From contig CBDETY010000003.1 of NCBI GenBank assembly GCA_965243025.1, positions 4,896,001 to 4,960,000 on the forward strand: a stretch of 64,000 bases of DNA, read 5' to 3'. The notes below the pieces were generated by a model. That model did no database searches. It was not told where the DNA came from and saw only the letters and a list, made by a program, of their open reading frames with translations. The stretch comes from Candidatus Latescibacterota bacterium (lineage in GTDB: Bacteria; Latescibacterota; UBA2968; UBA8231). This document shows positions 21,821-32,533 of the stretch, one piece after another. Position numbers and translations under genes: made by a program. Within the stretch, counting starts at the first letter, position 1, and every line of letters starts with the position of its first letter.

Positions 21821-23710
21821 ATGACAGCAACAACAGTGCTTGGAAAAGGAACCGCATGGAGATGGGCAATTCCGTTTTTTGTCCCGATGGTCATGTTTTT
21901 CGTGGCTGGGCGAGCTGCGGGAACACCTATCAAATCGGATCCGTATCAGCCAGTTCATGAAAGCTGGGAGCGCTTTGGTGCGGTTTTCAGTCGCGTAGTG
22001 ACGCACTATTACGACGACGTCAATCACTCCCGACTGATGCGCGCCGCGATTGAGGGCTTGCTGCGCGAGCTTGATTCCTACAGCCAGTATTTCGATGAGG
22101 ATGGCCTGCGTCAACTGCGCCAGGATACGACTGGTCGATTCGCGGGGTTGGGCATCACCGTCGGAATCAAGGATCACTATCCGGTAGTAATCGCACCCAT
22201 GGAAGGAACCCCCGCAATACGGGCGGGGTTACTGCCTGGAGACCTTATCGTAGCGATTGAAGGGGAGGACTCTTTCGATCTGAGCCTCGAGGAGGTAGTA
22301 AACACCTTGCGGGGGGAACCAGGCTCGGTGGTGCGAATAACCGTTGCACGCCCGGGCCACTCCCAGTGGGACGTCGTCATCACGCGAGAGCTCATCAAGA
22401 TCAGGAGTGTTGCGTTGGCCGATTTGATCCACCCTCAAATCGGCTACATCAGCATGAAGCAGACGAGGTTCTCGGAGGACACGGCGTTCGAGGTTGAACA
22501 GGCGCTGAAGAAGCTGAGTTCGAGTGGAATCGAAGCCTTGGTGCTCGATCTCCGAGGGAATCCTGGAGGACTGCTTACGCAAGCTGCGGAAGTAGCGGAT
22601 CTCTTTCTCTCAAAGGGCGATCCGATCGTCTCCATTCGCGAACGGGACGGGGGCCGGGAGGAAACCCGCTATTCCCAGAGGCTTCCGGTGTATGCCGAAA
22701 ACCCAATGGTCGTTCTCATCGATGGCGGAAGTGCAAGCGCTGCAGAAATTGTAGCAGGAGCGATCCAGGACAACGACCGGGGTCTGGTCGTTGGTAAGAC
22801 CTCATTTGGAAAGGGATCGGTACAAACGATCTTCGACCTTCACGAACAGGAAGACACAGCACTCAAGCTGACAACTGCCCTGTACTACACTCCCAGCGGC
22901 CGTAGTATCCATCGCGATGCCAACGACCTGTCACCGTTTCGCTCATTGCAGATCCCTGTTGGAGAAATCGAAGTGCCGGCGGTGTTGCTGCTAAACGTCC
23001 TTCTCGAGGCGGACGACTACCCATCCGCCCACGCCGACCTGCGGGCGCGCTTCGATGTAGAAGCCGAGGAAGCCCATCAACTTCTACAACTCCAGTTCGG
23101 AGACCTCGTTGGTCGAAAGTGGGCGGAACTGCCGGTGGACGCGGGGTTCGATGTTTCCGGGAACCGGTATCAGACCCGGAACGGACGGACGGTTTTCGGG
23201 GGGGGAGGAATCACCCCGGACATCGTCGTAGAACCCGAAGAACTGCCCTACCTCGTTCAGCATCTGCAGAGGGGGCGCCATTTCTTCGATTTTGTCGTCG
23301 ATTATGTCGGGTCCGAAGGAAGGGCGAGCGAGGAGTTCCGTCTGGAAGTCGATCATCGCATGGTGGAAGCATTCCGCGAATTCGTTCCCGACTCGATCCT
23401 TGCGGCAAACGACGGCCGCAGGGAACTGCGAGAGTTGCGGCACCAGGCCTTGGCCGCAGGCTGGGGAGAATCGGCGAAATCGATGCTGGACAGTCTCGAA
23501 AAAACCCTGCAGACCAAAACAACGGCTCCGGCGTTCTCCCCACAGGTCGAACCTTACATACGGGCGAGTCTTCGTCGCGAGTTGGCACTGCGCTTGCACG
23601 GCCGACGCGCGAGCCTGCTGACGGAGCTCGAGGAAGATCCCCAGTTGGAAGAAGCAGTGACCTTGATCAAGGACCGCGAGAAATTCAGCCGTTTGCTGGC
23701 TGGAGGGTAG
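21821..23710 (+). CDS. S41 carboxy-terminal processing protease (CtpA/Prc-like)
   Basis: PDZ GLGI, LDLRGNPGGLL, SASAAEIVAGAIQD, SFGKGSVQ and KLTTALYYTPSGRSI. Confidence 0.93.
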   Translation: MTATTVLGKGTAWRWAIPFFVPMVMFFVAGRAAGTPIKSDPYQPVHESWERFGAVFSRVVTHYYDDVNHSRLMRAAIEGLLRELDSYSQYFDEDGLRQLRQDTTGRFAGLGITVGIKDHYPVVIAPMEGTPAIRAGLLPGDLIVAIEGEDSFDLSLEEVVNTLRGEPGSVVRITVARPGHSQWDVVITRELIKIRSVALADLIHPQIGYISMKQTRFSEDTAFEVEQALKKLSSSGIEALVLDLRGNPGGLLTQAAEVADLFLSKGDPIVSIRERDGGREETRYSQRLPVYAENPMVVLIDGGSASAAEIVAGAIQDNDRGLVVGKTSFGKGSVQTIFDLHEQEDTALKLTTALYYTPSGRSIHRDANDLSPFRSLQIPVGEIEVPAVLLLNVLLEADDYPSAHADLRARFDVEAEEAHQLLQLQFGDLVGRKWAELPVDAGFDVSGNRYQTRNGRTVFGGGGITPDIVVEPEELPYLVQHLQRGRHFFDFVVDYVGSEGRASEEFRLEVDHRMVEAFREFVPDSILAANDGRRELRELRHQALAAGWGESAKSMLDSLEKTLQTKTTAPAFSPQVEPYIRASLRRELALRLHGRRASLLTELEEDPQLEEAVTLIKDREKFSRLLAGG

Positions 23711-23780
23711 CAAGGTTGGCCCAAACTCCGGCCGTTACGAGCCAGAGCGGGCCGAAAAAACATAGACAAACCAAAAACCA

Positions 23781-23906
23781 GGAGAGCTCGGATCGGGGTG
23801 AAAAACAAAGCCCCGCGAGCGAGTGTATTCAGGGAATCAAACCGTGGTTTTTCCGGGAATGTTACTCCCCCTGGATACAACCTCTCTCGATTCGATTGAG
23901 CTCTCC
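23781..23906 (+). ncRNA. Putative structured 5' leader RNA of rne/rng
   Basis: Nested stems visible by eye: GGAGAGCTC 23781-89 / GAGCTCTCC 23898-906, CGGGG/CCCCG, and TGTATTCAGGG 23824-34 / CCCTGGATACA 23869-79, with two inner hairpins. Confidence 0.55.
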
Positions 23907-23973
23907 ATCAACGGCAAGCAAGCCCGCCAGTGCGGTTGGGAAGCAATATGCCGGGTTCACTAAAGGAGAACCG

Positions 23974-25515
23974 ATGTCTACCGAAATATTCATTAACCAG
24001 GGAATTCACGAGTCCCGCATTGCCATCGTTGAAGAAGGTCGTCTCGCGGAAATCTGGGTCGAGCGCCCGGAAAGCGAGCGCATAGTCGGGGATATCTACA
24101 AAGGCACTGTTATGGCGGTTTTGCCAAGTTTACAGGCAGCCTTTGTCGAGATCGGACTGGAGCGCACCGCCTTTCTTCAGGTTCGCGATATGGTCGAGGC
24201 GAATTCAGAGGAAGAGGAGCGCCTTCCCCGCAACGGACGCCGGGGCCGTTCCCTGCCGAACATCCAGAGTCTTGTCAAAAAAGGGCAGGAAATACTGGTG
24301 CAGGTCGCCAAGGAGCCAATTGGAACCAAGGGAGCCCGGGTAACCACTCAACTTGCTCTCGCTGGACGCTTCGTGGTGTTGATGCCGGGAGGGGATTGGG
24401 TCGGAGTTTCCCGAAAGATTTCGAACTATTCTGAACGTCGCAGACTCCGCGATATCGTTCGCAAGGCGTGTCCGGAAGGGTACTCGGCGATCGTGCGCAC
24501 GGAGGGATCCGGAAAAAGCGAGAAGGAATTCAAGCGCGACCTGAAGCAGTTGGAAAAGGTTCATGGGCGCATGGAAAAACGCAGCCGGAAGGTCCCGGCC
24601 CCGGCACTCGTGCACAAAGAGCTGGGTATGACCACCAGTGTAATCCGCGATCTTTTCAACGACAGTGTGGACAGACTCGTCGTCGATTCGAAGCTGCTCT
24701 ACAGGGAAATCTGTGACTACGTGAAATCGGTATCACCAGAGTTGAAGAACCGAATCGAATTCTTCCGGGACAAACGGCCGATTTTCGACGTGGTCAACAT
24801 CGAACGCGAGTTGGAGAAGGCCAACGACCGGAATGTAGGCATGCGGGGTGGAGGGGCTCTGGTAATCGACCATGCGGAGGCGGGAACCTTTGTCGACGTC
24901 AACTCTGCAAGGTATGTAGGATCGCGTGACCAGGAGGAGAGCAACCTGCGGACCAATATCGAGGCGGCAAAGGAGCTTGCCCGGCAGCTTCGACTGCGCG
25001 ACATCGGAGGCATCATCGTCGTGGACTTCATTGACATGCACGAGGAACGCAACCGGAAAAAAGTGGTGGAGCAGATGATCGAGGAGACGAAAAAAGACCG
25101 TGCCAAGGTTTCGATCAGTCCCCAGATCAGCGAGTTCGGCCTTGTTGAAATGACCCGACAGCGAGTGCGTCCCAACTTGCTGCATACACACAGCGAGCCC
25201 TGCCCCACCTGCCACGGTACCGGAAGGGTACTCGGGCCGGATACGACTTTGACAAAAATCGAGCGCTGGATGCAGCGGGCCTATGCCGCCAACGGTGAGC
25301 GCCGGTTCGAACTCCGGGTGCATCCCGAGGTCGCGCAGTACATGGCCGCCGATCGGGAAGTGCGTCTCAAGTCGATTCGCCGAGCAACCAAGGCACGTGT
25401 CGAGATCCGGGAGGATCCATCCGTGACGGCGCAGGATTTCAGGGTGATTTCCCGGAAACGGAACCTCGATGTGACGGCGAAATACAGCAATTCTTCAGAT
25501 GCCAGACGAAATTGA
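23974..25515 (+). CDS. rng: Ribonuclease E/G family (RNase G-length)
   Basis: GDIYKG, QAAFVEIG, KEPIGTKGAR, LRLRDIGGIIVVDFIDM and CPTCHGTG. ATG 23974 has an AAGGAG RBS. Confidence 0.93.
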   Translation: MSTEIFINQGIHESRIAIVEEGRLAEIWVERPESERIVGDIYKGTVMAVLPSLQAAFVEIGLERTAFLQVRDMVEANSEEEERLPRNGRRGRSLPNIQSLVKKGQEILVQVAKEPIGTKGARVTTQLALAGRFVVLMPGGDWVGVSRKISNYSERRRLRDIVRKACPEGYSAIVRTEGSGKSEKEFKRDLKQLEKVHGRMEKRSRKVPAPALVHKELGMTTSVIRDLFNDSVDRLVVDSKLLYREICDYVKSVSPELKNRIEFFRDKRPIFDVVNIERELEKANDRNVGMRGGGALVIDHAEAGTFVDVNSARYVGSRDQEESNLRTNIEAAKELARQLRLRDIGGIIVVDFIDMHEERNRKKVVEQMIEETKKDRAKVSISPQISEFGLVEMTRQRVRPNLLHTHSEPCPTCHGTGRVLGPDTTLTKIERWMQRAYAANGERRFELRVHPEVAQYMAADREVRLKSIRRATKARVEIREDPSVTAQDFRVISRKRNLDVTAKYSNSSDARRN

Positions 25516-25540
25516 CAGGTTTTCGGAGCACGGTTAGCTT
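25512..25540 (+). promoter_or_regulatory. Sigma70-type promoter of rplU-rpmA
   Basis: TTGACA-17 nt-TAGCTT. Confidence 0.55.
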
Positions 25541-25594
25541 TCACCCCTTTCACGGGCAACCGAAAACCACGGATTCGAGAACGGATCAACACCA

Positions 25595-25909
25595 ATGTAT
25601 GCCATCGTAGACATTGCCGGCGAACAGGTACAGGTCAGCGAAGGAGAAACGGTACGGGTGCCAAGGCTTTCCATCGAGGAGGGCCAAAAGCACACGTTCA
25701 CCAAGGTTTTGATGATTTCTGACGACAGCCAAAACATCGTCGGGGGTCCACACGTCGAGGGGGCGTCAGTCACGGCGACCATTCGCGGTCACGGACTCGA
25801 GAAGAAGGTGGTCGTTTTCAAGATCAAGCGTCGGAAGAAGTATCGGCGCCGAAACGGACACCGCCAGCAATACACCGAGATCCAGGTAGACGAGATCGCA
25901 ACAGCGTAG
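25595..25909 (+). CDS. rplU: 50S ribosomal protein L21
   Basis: [11 protein letters not shown] and [14 protein letters not shown]. Confidence 0.97.
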   Translation: MYAIVDIAGEQVQVSEGETVRVPRLSIEEGQKHTFTKVLMISDDSQNIVGGPHVEGASVTATIRGHGLEKKVVVFKIKRRKKYRRRNGHRQQYTEIQVDEIATA

Positions 25910-25938
25910 CCAGAAGACCACGTGGAAAGGTATCCCCA

Positions 25939-26205
25939 ATGGCACATAAAAAGGGCGTAGGAAGTTCGAGAAACGGCCGTGACAGCCATTCAAAACGCCT
26001 CGGCGTCAAGCGCTACGGAGGCCAGTTGGTAAGCGCCGGGACCATCCTGGTTCGCCAACGTGGCACGCGGATTCATCCCGGGCGCAATGTGCGCAAGGGA
26101 GGGGACGATACGCTTTACGCGACTGTCGGCGGTATTGTCCAATTCGAAAGAGAGGGACGCAATCGAAACCGCGTCAATGTCATGCCACCGAAATCTCCTG
26201 ACTGA
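25939..26205 (+). CDS. rpmA: 50S ribosomal protein L27
   Basis: [16 protein letters not shown] and ILVRQRGT. Confidence 0.98.
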   Translation: MAHKKGVGSSRNGRDSHSKRLGVKRYGGQLVSAGTILVRQRGTRIHPGRNVRKGGDDTLYATVGGIVQFEREGRNRNRVNVMPPKSPD

Positions 26206-26275
26206 AATCACGCCGTCAACTTCCTCGTAGTGCCACCCCACCGATAAAAAACCCCGTGTCAGCAGCGACTGGGCA

Positions 26276-27994
26276 ATGAACAACCTCGCCTACGATGTCC
26301 TGATTGTAGGTGGGGGTGGAGCCGGCCTGCGGGCGGCGGTCGCCGCCGTTGAGGCAGACTCCCGGCTGAGCGTTGGGGTTGTTTCAAAGGTCTACCCCAT
26401 GCGCAGTCATACCGTTTCGGCGGAAGGCGGCCTGGCGGCGGTGGTGCGCGACGATGACAATCTCGATTCGCACGCGTTCGACACCATCAAGGGCAGCGAT
26501 TTTCTCGCCGACCAGGATGTTGTGGAGGCCTTCGTAAAGGAAGCCCCCGGCGAAGCGGTACAGCTGGAACACTGGGGATGCCCCTGGAGCAGGGATCAGG
26601 ACGGCCGCGTGAGCGTCCGGGCCTTTGGCGGCATGACCGTCAAGAGGACGCTCTACGCAGCCGACAAAACCGGATTCCACATGTTGCACGCGTTGTTCCA
26701 AACCTCTTTGAAATACACGAGCATCCACCGGCACGACGAGTTTTTCGTCACCTCCCTGTTGGTGGAAGAGGGCCGGGTATGCGGCGTCGCTGCATTGAAT
26801 CTGCAGTCGGGCGGACTGCAGGCGATTCAGGCAAAGGCTGTAATCCTCAGCACCGGGGGTGGCGGACGTATATTCCCCTTCACCACCAACGCCGCCATCA
26901 AGACCGGTGACGGCATGGCAATGGCATACCGTGCCGGATGCCCGCTCAAGGACATGGAATTCGTGCAGTATCACCCTACCGGCTTGCCCGGTACTGGTAT
27001 CCTGATGACGGAAGCCTCGAGGGGAGAGGGAGGATACCTAGTCAACAGCGAGGGTGACCGCTATCTGAGCGAGTACGTGCCGGGGAAAATGGAACTTGGC
27101 CCTCGGGACATCCTGTCGCGTTCCTTTGTGCACGAGCTGCGCGCTGGCCGGGTTTTCGAGGACGAGCAGGGGCAGTACGTGCACCTCGACCTGCGCCACC
27201 TCGGCGAGAAAGTCATCGATGAAAAGCTGCCCTTTGTGCGCGAGTTGACCCGCAACTACGTAGGTATAGATCCGGTACACGACCCGATACCCGTGCGCCC
27301 GGTTGTCCACTACATGATGGGTGGCGTTCACACCGACATGGACGGCAAGACTCCGATCGAAGGGTTGTATTCGGCAGGCGAGTCCGCCTGTGTCAGCCTC
27401 AACGGCGCCAACCGGCTGGGCTCCAACTCCCTGACCGAATGCCTCGTTTTCGGAGCGCGCGCCGGAAAAACTGCCGCTGCGTATGCGATGGAACAGCAGC
27501 AACCGCCCCCCGGTTCCCTTGAACAGCTGACCCGGGAGGAAGAGCTGCAGATCAAGTCGCGGTTTTTCAGCGAGGGCACGGAAGAAGAACGCATCGCCGA
27601 TATCCGTACGGACCTGCAGAAGGCAATGGAAGCCGGGGCCGGAATCTACCGCACCCGGGAGGGTCTGGAGAAGGCTTGCGAAGAGATCGCAGGTCTGCGT
27701 CGCCGCTACGAGAAGGTTCGTGTGCAGGATCATTCCAAGGTTTTCAACACACAGCTGACCGCCGCCATTGAACTGGGATTCATGCTCGATGTGGCCGAGT
27801 CCCTCGCCCATTCGGCGTTGCGGCGGGAAGAGTCTCGAGGCTCGCACGCCCGTTCGGATTTCGAGGAACGCAACGACGACGCGTTTCTGCAGCACTCGCT
27901 GGCCTACCGTGGAGTGGAAGATGGCGACACTCCCCGCATAGACTATCTGCCCGCTACGATCACCCAGTGGCAGCCCGAGGAGCGCACCTACTGA
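26276..27994 (+). CDS. frdA: Fumarate reductase/succinate dehydrogenase flavoprotein (Frd-type)
   Basis: GGGGAG, covalent-FAD motif [10 protein letters not shown] (Glu, Frd-type), QYHPTG and [10 protein letters not shown]. Confidence 0.93.
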   Translation: MNNLAYDVLIVGGGGAGLRAAVAAVEADSRLSVGVVSKVYPMRSHTVSAEGGLAAVVRDDDNLDSHAFDTIKGSDFLADQDVVEAFVKEAPGEAVQLEHWGCPWSRDQDGRVSVRAFGGMTVKRTLYAADKTGFHMLHALFQTSLKYTSIHRHDEFFVTSLLVEEGRVCGVAALNLQSGGLQAIQAKAVILSTGGGGRIFPFTTNAAIKTGDGMAMAYRAGCPLKDMEFVQYHPTGLPGTGILMTEASRGEGGYLVNSEGDRYLSEYVPGKMELGPRDILSRSFVHELRAGRVFEDEQGQYVHLDLRHLGEKVIDEKLPFVRELTRNYVGIDPVHDPIPVRPVVHYMMGGVHTDMDGKTPIEGLYSAGESACVSLNGANRLGSNSLTECLVFGARAGKTAAAYAMEQQQPPPGSLEQLTREEELQIKSRFFSEGTEEERIADIRTDLQKAMEAGAGIYRTREGLEKACEEIAGLRRRYEKVRVQDHSKVFNTQLTAAIELGFMLDVAESLAHSALRREESRGSHARSDFEERNDDAFLQHSLAYRGVEDGDTPRIDYLPATITQWQPEERTY

Positions 27995-27995
27995 C

Positions 27996-28739
27996 ATGAG
28001 TGCCACAATCACCCTTTCCGTTTTCCGCTACGGTGGAGAAGGGGAAAACGAACCGACCTTTCAGGATTACGAGATTCCGTACCGGCCGGAATGGGTGGTT
28101 CTCGACGCCTTGAACTACATCAAGGATTATGTCGACGGAACTCTTTCGTACCGGTGGTCGTGCCGCATGGGGGTGTGCGGAAGCTGTGGTACCATGGTGA
28201 ACGGCGAACCGAAACTGACGTGCGCAACCTTCCTGCGCGACTACTTTCCGGATCCAGTGCGAGTCGAACCGCTCAATCACTTTCCCGTGGTTCGGGATCT
28301 CGTCATCGAGATGGACGATTTCATGGCCAAACTGCAGGCCGTGAAGCCCTGGATCGTGCGCGACGAGGAAAAACCGGTAGAGGAAGGAGAGTACCTGCAA
28401 ACCCCGGAGGAGCTGGCCGAATTCAAACAATTCAGCATGTGCATCAACTGCATGTTGTGTTATTCGGCCTGCCCTGTGTACGGGTTGGAGGACGGATTCA
28501 TCGGACCGGCTGCCCTGGCGCTCGCGCACCGTTACAACATGGACACCCGCGACAAGGGACAGGACGAACGCGCCCATGTCGTGGCCAGCAGCGAAGGGAT
28601 CTGGGAGTGCACTTTTGTCGGCGAGTGCTCCGTTGTCTGTCCCAAGGATGTCGACCCGGCTGCTGCCATACAACGGACCAAGGTTGCAACAACGAAAAAC
28701 TGGTTCAAGTCGATACTGATGCCGTGGGGCGCCAGATGA
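27996..28739 (+). CDS. frdB: Fumarate reductase iron-sulfur subunit
   Basis: [10 protein letters not shown] [2Fe-2S], [12 protein letters not shown] [4Fe-4S] and [12 protein letters not shown] [3Fe-4S]. Confidence 0.93.
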   Translation: MSATITLSVFRYGGEGENEPTFQDYEIPYRPEWVVLDALNYIKDYVDGTLSYRWSCRMGVCGSCGTMVNGEPKLTCATFLRDYFPDPVRVEPLNHFPVVRDLVIEMDDFMAKLQAVKPWIVRDEEKPVEEGEYLQTPEELAEFKQFSMCINCMLCYSACPVYGLEDGFIGPAALALAHRYNMDTRDKGQDERAHVVASSEGIWECTFVGECSVVCPKDVDPAAAIQRTKVATTKNWFKSILMPWGAR

Positions 28740-29146
28740 GCACTGCTTCCCCCAATGGCGGCGACCGGAAGACGTACCGACCGTCAATGCCGTCAACGTG
28801 GTGGCTGAAGAAGGGGAGCTACTTTCTGTTCATGATACGCGAGCTCAGCAGCGTCTTCATCGCCGCATTCGTCCTGCTTTTCATGTGGGAGCTTTTCCAG
28901 CTGTCGGAAGGAGCGGAGACATACGGACAGTTCCGCGAATCGCTGCGGCAGCCTGGGTATGTCGCCTTTTTTGCAATCGCCTTCGTTTTCGCGGTATATC
29001 ACACCATCACCTGGTTTGGGGCCGCCTCGAAGATCCAGGTGGTTCGTCTTGGTTCCCGGACCGTGCCTCCCGCCATGGTTACCGGGGGTGCGATCGCGGG
29101 GTGGGTGGTGGCGTCGGTCGCAATCGCCGTGTTCTTCCTGAGCTAG
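28736..29146 (+). CDS. frdC: Fumarate reductase membrane anchor subunit C
   Basis: ATG 28736. [10 protein letters not shown]...FMIRELSS...YHTITWF matches the E. coli-type FrdC pattern. Confidence 0.88.
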   Translation: MSTASPNGGDRKTYRPSMPSTWWLKKGSYFLFMIRELSSVFIAAFVLLFMWELFQLSEGAETYGQFRESLRQPGYVAFFAIAFVFAVYHTITWFGAASKIQVVRLGSRTVPPAMVTGGAIAGWVVASVAIAVFFLS

Positions 29147-29157
29147 GTGCGCAGCCA

Positions 29158-29520
29158 GTGAACTACCGCAAGGACACCGGAGAGCCCTTCTGGTGGGGCA
29201 TGTTTTCCGCGGGGGGAATGGTTGCCGCCCTGCTGGTTCCCATTCATATCCTGCTCGACGGCCTGGCGGTTCCGCTTGGCCTGCTGAGAAGCGAGGCAGT
29301 TGGGTACGAACGCATGCACTCCCTGCTTGCCAACCCTCTGGTCAAGCTCTACTTCTTCGCTTTCATGTCCCTGCCACTGTTTCACGCAGCGCACCGCATT
29401 CGTTTTTCCCTCTACGAGTTGGGTGTGCGGAAGCATCGCCGGTCCGTAAGTGTGCTTTGTTACGGGGGAGCCCTTGCCGGAACGGCAGTTGCCGCCTATC
29501 TCCTGTTGAAGTTTTTGTAA
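29158..29520 (+). CDS. frdD: Fumarate reductase membrane anchor subunit D
   Basis: GTG 29158. EPFWWGMFSAGGM...LPLFHAAHRI...LCYG matches the FrdD pattern. Confidence 0.88.
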   Translation: MNYRKDTGEPFWWGMFSAGGMVAALLVPIHILLDGLAVPLGLLRSEAVGYERMHSLLANPLVKLYFFAFMSLPLFHAAHRIRFSLYELGVRKHRRSVSVLCYGGALAGTAVAAYLLLKFL

Positions 29521-29673
29521 ACACCAACACGTCGCGAGCCAGGGTCCGGAGCGCAGTCGGTAGTCGGAGGTTTGCGCGTCTGCGGATGTACTCTGCCGGA
29601 CCTCTCTGAACACAGCCACCTCTCAGGGGTTGCGTCTTCGGATGGTTCCCAGGGCTGGGATGCAACCATCGCC

Positions 29674-30831
29674 ATGAAAATCCACGAATTCCAGGCGAAA
29701 AAGCTGCTGCGCAACTACGGAGTCCCGGTGCCTCAGGGGGGCGTTGCGGACACACCAGAAGGCGCCGCACGGATTGCCGCCGACCTGGGAGGCCGAGTCG
29801 TGGTAAAGGCACAGATTCACGCGGGAGGTCGCGGGAAAGGGGGTGGCATCACGGCAGCTGACAATGCCGCGGCGGCGCATCGAACGGCTGAGCGGATCAT
29901 CGGCATGCAGCTGGTTACCCACCAGACCGGACCGGAAGGCCAGCGGGTCAAACAAGTGCTGGTGGAAAAAGCCAGCGACATCGCCAGGGAATTCTACCTC
30001 GGGATAACCCTGGACCGGACGCAGTCCAAGGTGGTGGTCATGGCCAGCACCGAGGGCGGGATGGAGATAGAGCAGGTCGCCGCCCGAACGCCGGAGAAAA
30101 TCCTCTCGGAAACCGTGGATCCTGCCACGGGCCTGCTTCCCTTTCAGGCGTCACGTCTCGCATTCGGACTTGGTTTGAGCGGCGCGGCGGTCCGCCAGGC
30201 CTCCCGGTTCATCCTCGGGCTGCACGAGATGTACCGGGCTGAGGATTGCTCGCTGGCCGAGGTCAATCCGTTGGTCCTTACCAGCGAGGGTGAGCTTCTG
30301 GCGCTGGACGCGAAGGTAAACTTCGATGACAACGGGTCCTTTCGACACCGGGACCACGGCGACCTGCGCGACCTCGACGAGGAAGAAGGCCTGGAAGTCG
30401 AGGCATCGAAACACGGCTTGAACTACATAAAGCTCGACGGCGACATCGGCTGCATGGTGAACGGTGCAGGCCTTGCCATGGCGACGATGGACATCATCAA
30501 ACTCGCCGGCGGCAGACCGGCCAACTTTCTCGATGTGGGCGGCGGCGCCAGCGCCGAGACCGTGGAAAACGGATTCCGGATTCTGCTGTCCGACCCGAAC
30601 GTAAAAGCAATCCTGATCAACATCTTCGGCGGTATCGTTCGGTGTGACCGGGTGGCCGATGGTGTTATCGAGGCGCGAAAAAAGATCGACATACAGGTGC
30701 CGGTCGTGGTCCGGTTGGCTGGAACGAATGCAGAAGAAGCTGCGGGAAGGCTGCGGGAATCCGGGCTGGATTTCACTGTCGGCAACAGTTTGAGGGACGC
30801 CGCGGAGAAAGCCGTGAGGTTGCTGACGTGA
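29674..30831 (+). CDS. sucC: Succinyl-CoA synthetase beta subunit
   Basis: [24 protein letters not shown] and [15 protein letters not shown]. Confidence 0.97.
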   Translation: MKIHEFQAKKLLRNYGVPVPQGGVADTPEGAARIAADLGGRVVVKAQIHAGGRGKGGGITAADNAAAAHRTAERIIGMQLVTHQTGPEGQRVKQVLVEKASDIAREFYLGITLDRTQSKVVVMASTEGGMEIEQVAARTPEKILSETVDPATGLLPFQASRLAFGLGLSGAAVRQASRFILGLHEMYRAEDCSLAEVNPLVLTSEGELLALDAKVNFDDNGSFRHRDHGDLRDLDEEEGLEVEASKHGLNYIKLDGDIGCMVNGAGLAMATMDIIKLAGGRPANFLDVGGGASAETVENGFRILLSDPNVKAILINIFGGIVRCDRVADGVIEARKKIDIQVPVVVRLAGTNAEEAAGRLRESGLDFTVGNSLRDAAEKAVRLLT

Positions 30832-31703
30832 GCATTCTCGTCGGTGAGGACACCCGCGTCTTCGTGCAGGGAATCACCGGTTCGGAGGGCTCCTTCCATA
30901 CCCGGCAGATGATCGAGTACGGAACGCAGGTTGTCGGGGGCGCGACTCCCGGAAAAGGTGGCCAGGAGTTTGCCGGACTGCCGGTTTTCAATACAGTGGC
31001 CGAGGGGGTCCGGGATACCGGCGCAACCGCATCGATCATCTTCGTTCCGGCGCCTTATGCAGCCGATGCCATCATGGAAGCAGCCGATGCCGGAATCGAG
31101 CTGGTTGTCTGTATCTCGGAAAACATCCCCGTGCGTGACATGGTCAGTGCATACCACTACGTGGCGAGGCGGTCGACGCGGCTGATCGGTCCCAACTGTC
31201 CCGGGATCATATCACCCGGAAAGTGCAAGATCGGGATCATGCCGGGGTTCATTCACAAGAGGGGGAGAATCGGTGTCGTATCCCGCAGCGGAACCCTCAC
31301 CTACGAAGCGGTGGACCAGCTCACCCGACTGGGGCACGGCCAGTCGACGTGCATCGGCATTGGGGGTGATCCTGTTATCGGAACTCGCTTTATCGACGCG
31401 TTCAAACTGTTCCGGGAGGATGACGAGACCGACGCGGTGGTGATGATCGGTGAAATCGGGGGAAACGACGAAGAAGAGGCCGCCGAGTACGTTCGCCGGT
31501 ATTTGGAGAAACCGGTCATCGGCTTCATAGCGGGCCGCACCGCACCTCCCGGTCGCCGCATGGGCCACGCCGGGGCAATTATCTCAGGCGGCAAAGGTAC
31601 TGCAGACGAAAAGATGAAAGTGCTCGAGACGGCCGGAGTCAGCGTATGCCAGAGTCCGGCCGAAATCGGGAATGCTGTAGTTCAGGCGCTGGCATCAACT
31701 TAG
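30828..31703 (+). CDS. sucD: Succinyl-CoA synthetase alpha subunit
   Basis: [21 protein letters not shown] and RMGHAGA. Confidence 0.97.
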   Translation: MSILVGEDTRVFVQGITGSEGSFHTRQMIEYGTQVVGGATPGKGGQEFAGLPVFNTVAEGVRDTGATASIIFVPAPYAADAIMEAADAGIELVVCISENIPVRDMVSAYHYVARRSTRLIGPNCPGIISPGKCKIGIMPGFIHKRGRIGVVSRSGTLTYEAVDQLTRLGHGQSTCIGIGGDPVIGTRFIDAFKLFREDDETDAVVMIGEIGGNDEEEAAEYVRRYLEKPVIGFIAGRTAPPGRRMGHAGAIISGGKGTADEKMKVLETAGVSVCQSPAEIGNAVVQALAST

Positions 31704-31795
31704 TGCCGACCGCCGCCGCATCCTGGGGGGAAGAGCGGTCCAATTCCGGTTCGCCGCGATGCCTTCGCGCCCAAGGGACTACGGAACCGGGCGCG

Positions 31796-32329
31796 CTACC
31801 CGGGTGAGGTCAGGAAGTGCAACTTGCGGTTGTGGCAAGTCATGCACGTAATGCCATCCACCCCCTCCGGCAGGGCAACCACACCTGTATAGCTCTGTGC
31901 CACAACACCCTCCGGCAGATCTTCACCCTCCTTCAACGCCGCCCCGGTTGTTGCTGTAAGGTGAATGCCCGCGTTTTCGCCCGAGGAGACGTACTTGGCG
32001 ACCACGCCGGTTCTGTAATCGGACTGCGGAAGGCTCAGTTCGACCTTGCCTCGTGAAACCAGGCTGTCGACGAACCCCAGCTTCATGTGCCGGGCAATCT
32101 CCTTGTTCGGTGTCTCCAGGTCGAACTTCGGCTTGCCTCCCCTTTTTACGTGGCAATAGGTACACTGCTTCACCCCTATTGCCTTTGCGATCTTTTTCAT
32201 CGCTTTGATCGTCTCGACCTGGTTTTCGCCGAACAAGGTGCTGCCCTTCCGGGCGTCGGACGGCGCTACAATCCCCGCCATGAAGACGACTGTTGCCGCA
32301 GCCCAAATTCTGAAAGCCGACGATGCCAC
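31796..32329 (-). CDS. Exported dihaem c-type cytochrome (photosynthetic-reaction-centre cytochrome c family-like)
   Basis: Two CXXCH motifs (CTYCH, CMTCH) and the M-x2-I-x2-AIGV-x2-CTYCH...K-x2-AR-x-M pattern. Signal peptide follows GTG 32329, which has an RBS. Confidence 0.75.
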   Translation of the reverse strand: MASSAFRIWAAATVVFMAGIVAPSDARKGSTLFGENQVETIKAMKKIAKAIGVKQCTYCHVKRGGKPKFDLETPNKEIARHMKLGFVDSLVSRGKVELSLPQSDYRTGVVAKYVSSGENAGIHLTATTGAALKEGEDLPEGVVAQSYTGVVALPEGVDGITCMTCHNRKLHFLTSPG

Positions 32330-32533
32330 TATCCTTCCTCCCTCTTCGAGGCTGGTGCACTCACAGCAAGGGTCAGGCCCCTGTAGGGGGGTGAGGATCC
32401 AAGGGGCAAGGAATGGGCGCCGTGCATTATCGGTTGCAGAGTTTCGAGCCATCACGAGTGGAGTTGTCAACAACAGGAATAATCCGAAAGGGTTGCGGGA
32501 AAAGGACCGCCCGCCGAAGTCGCGCCCTGAAAT

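Noticed and set aside
32434-32452. Sigma54 -24/-12 promoter upstream of the cytochrome gene (TGGCTC...TGCA), and a similar one near 45920-45935
   Set aside because: GG-to-GC spacing is 11 and 12 nt rather than the required 10.
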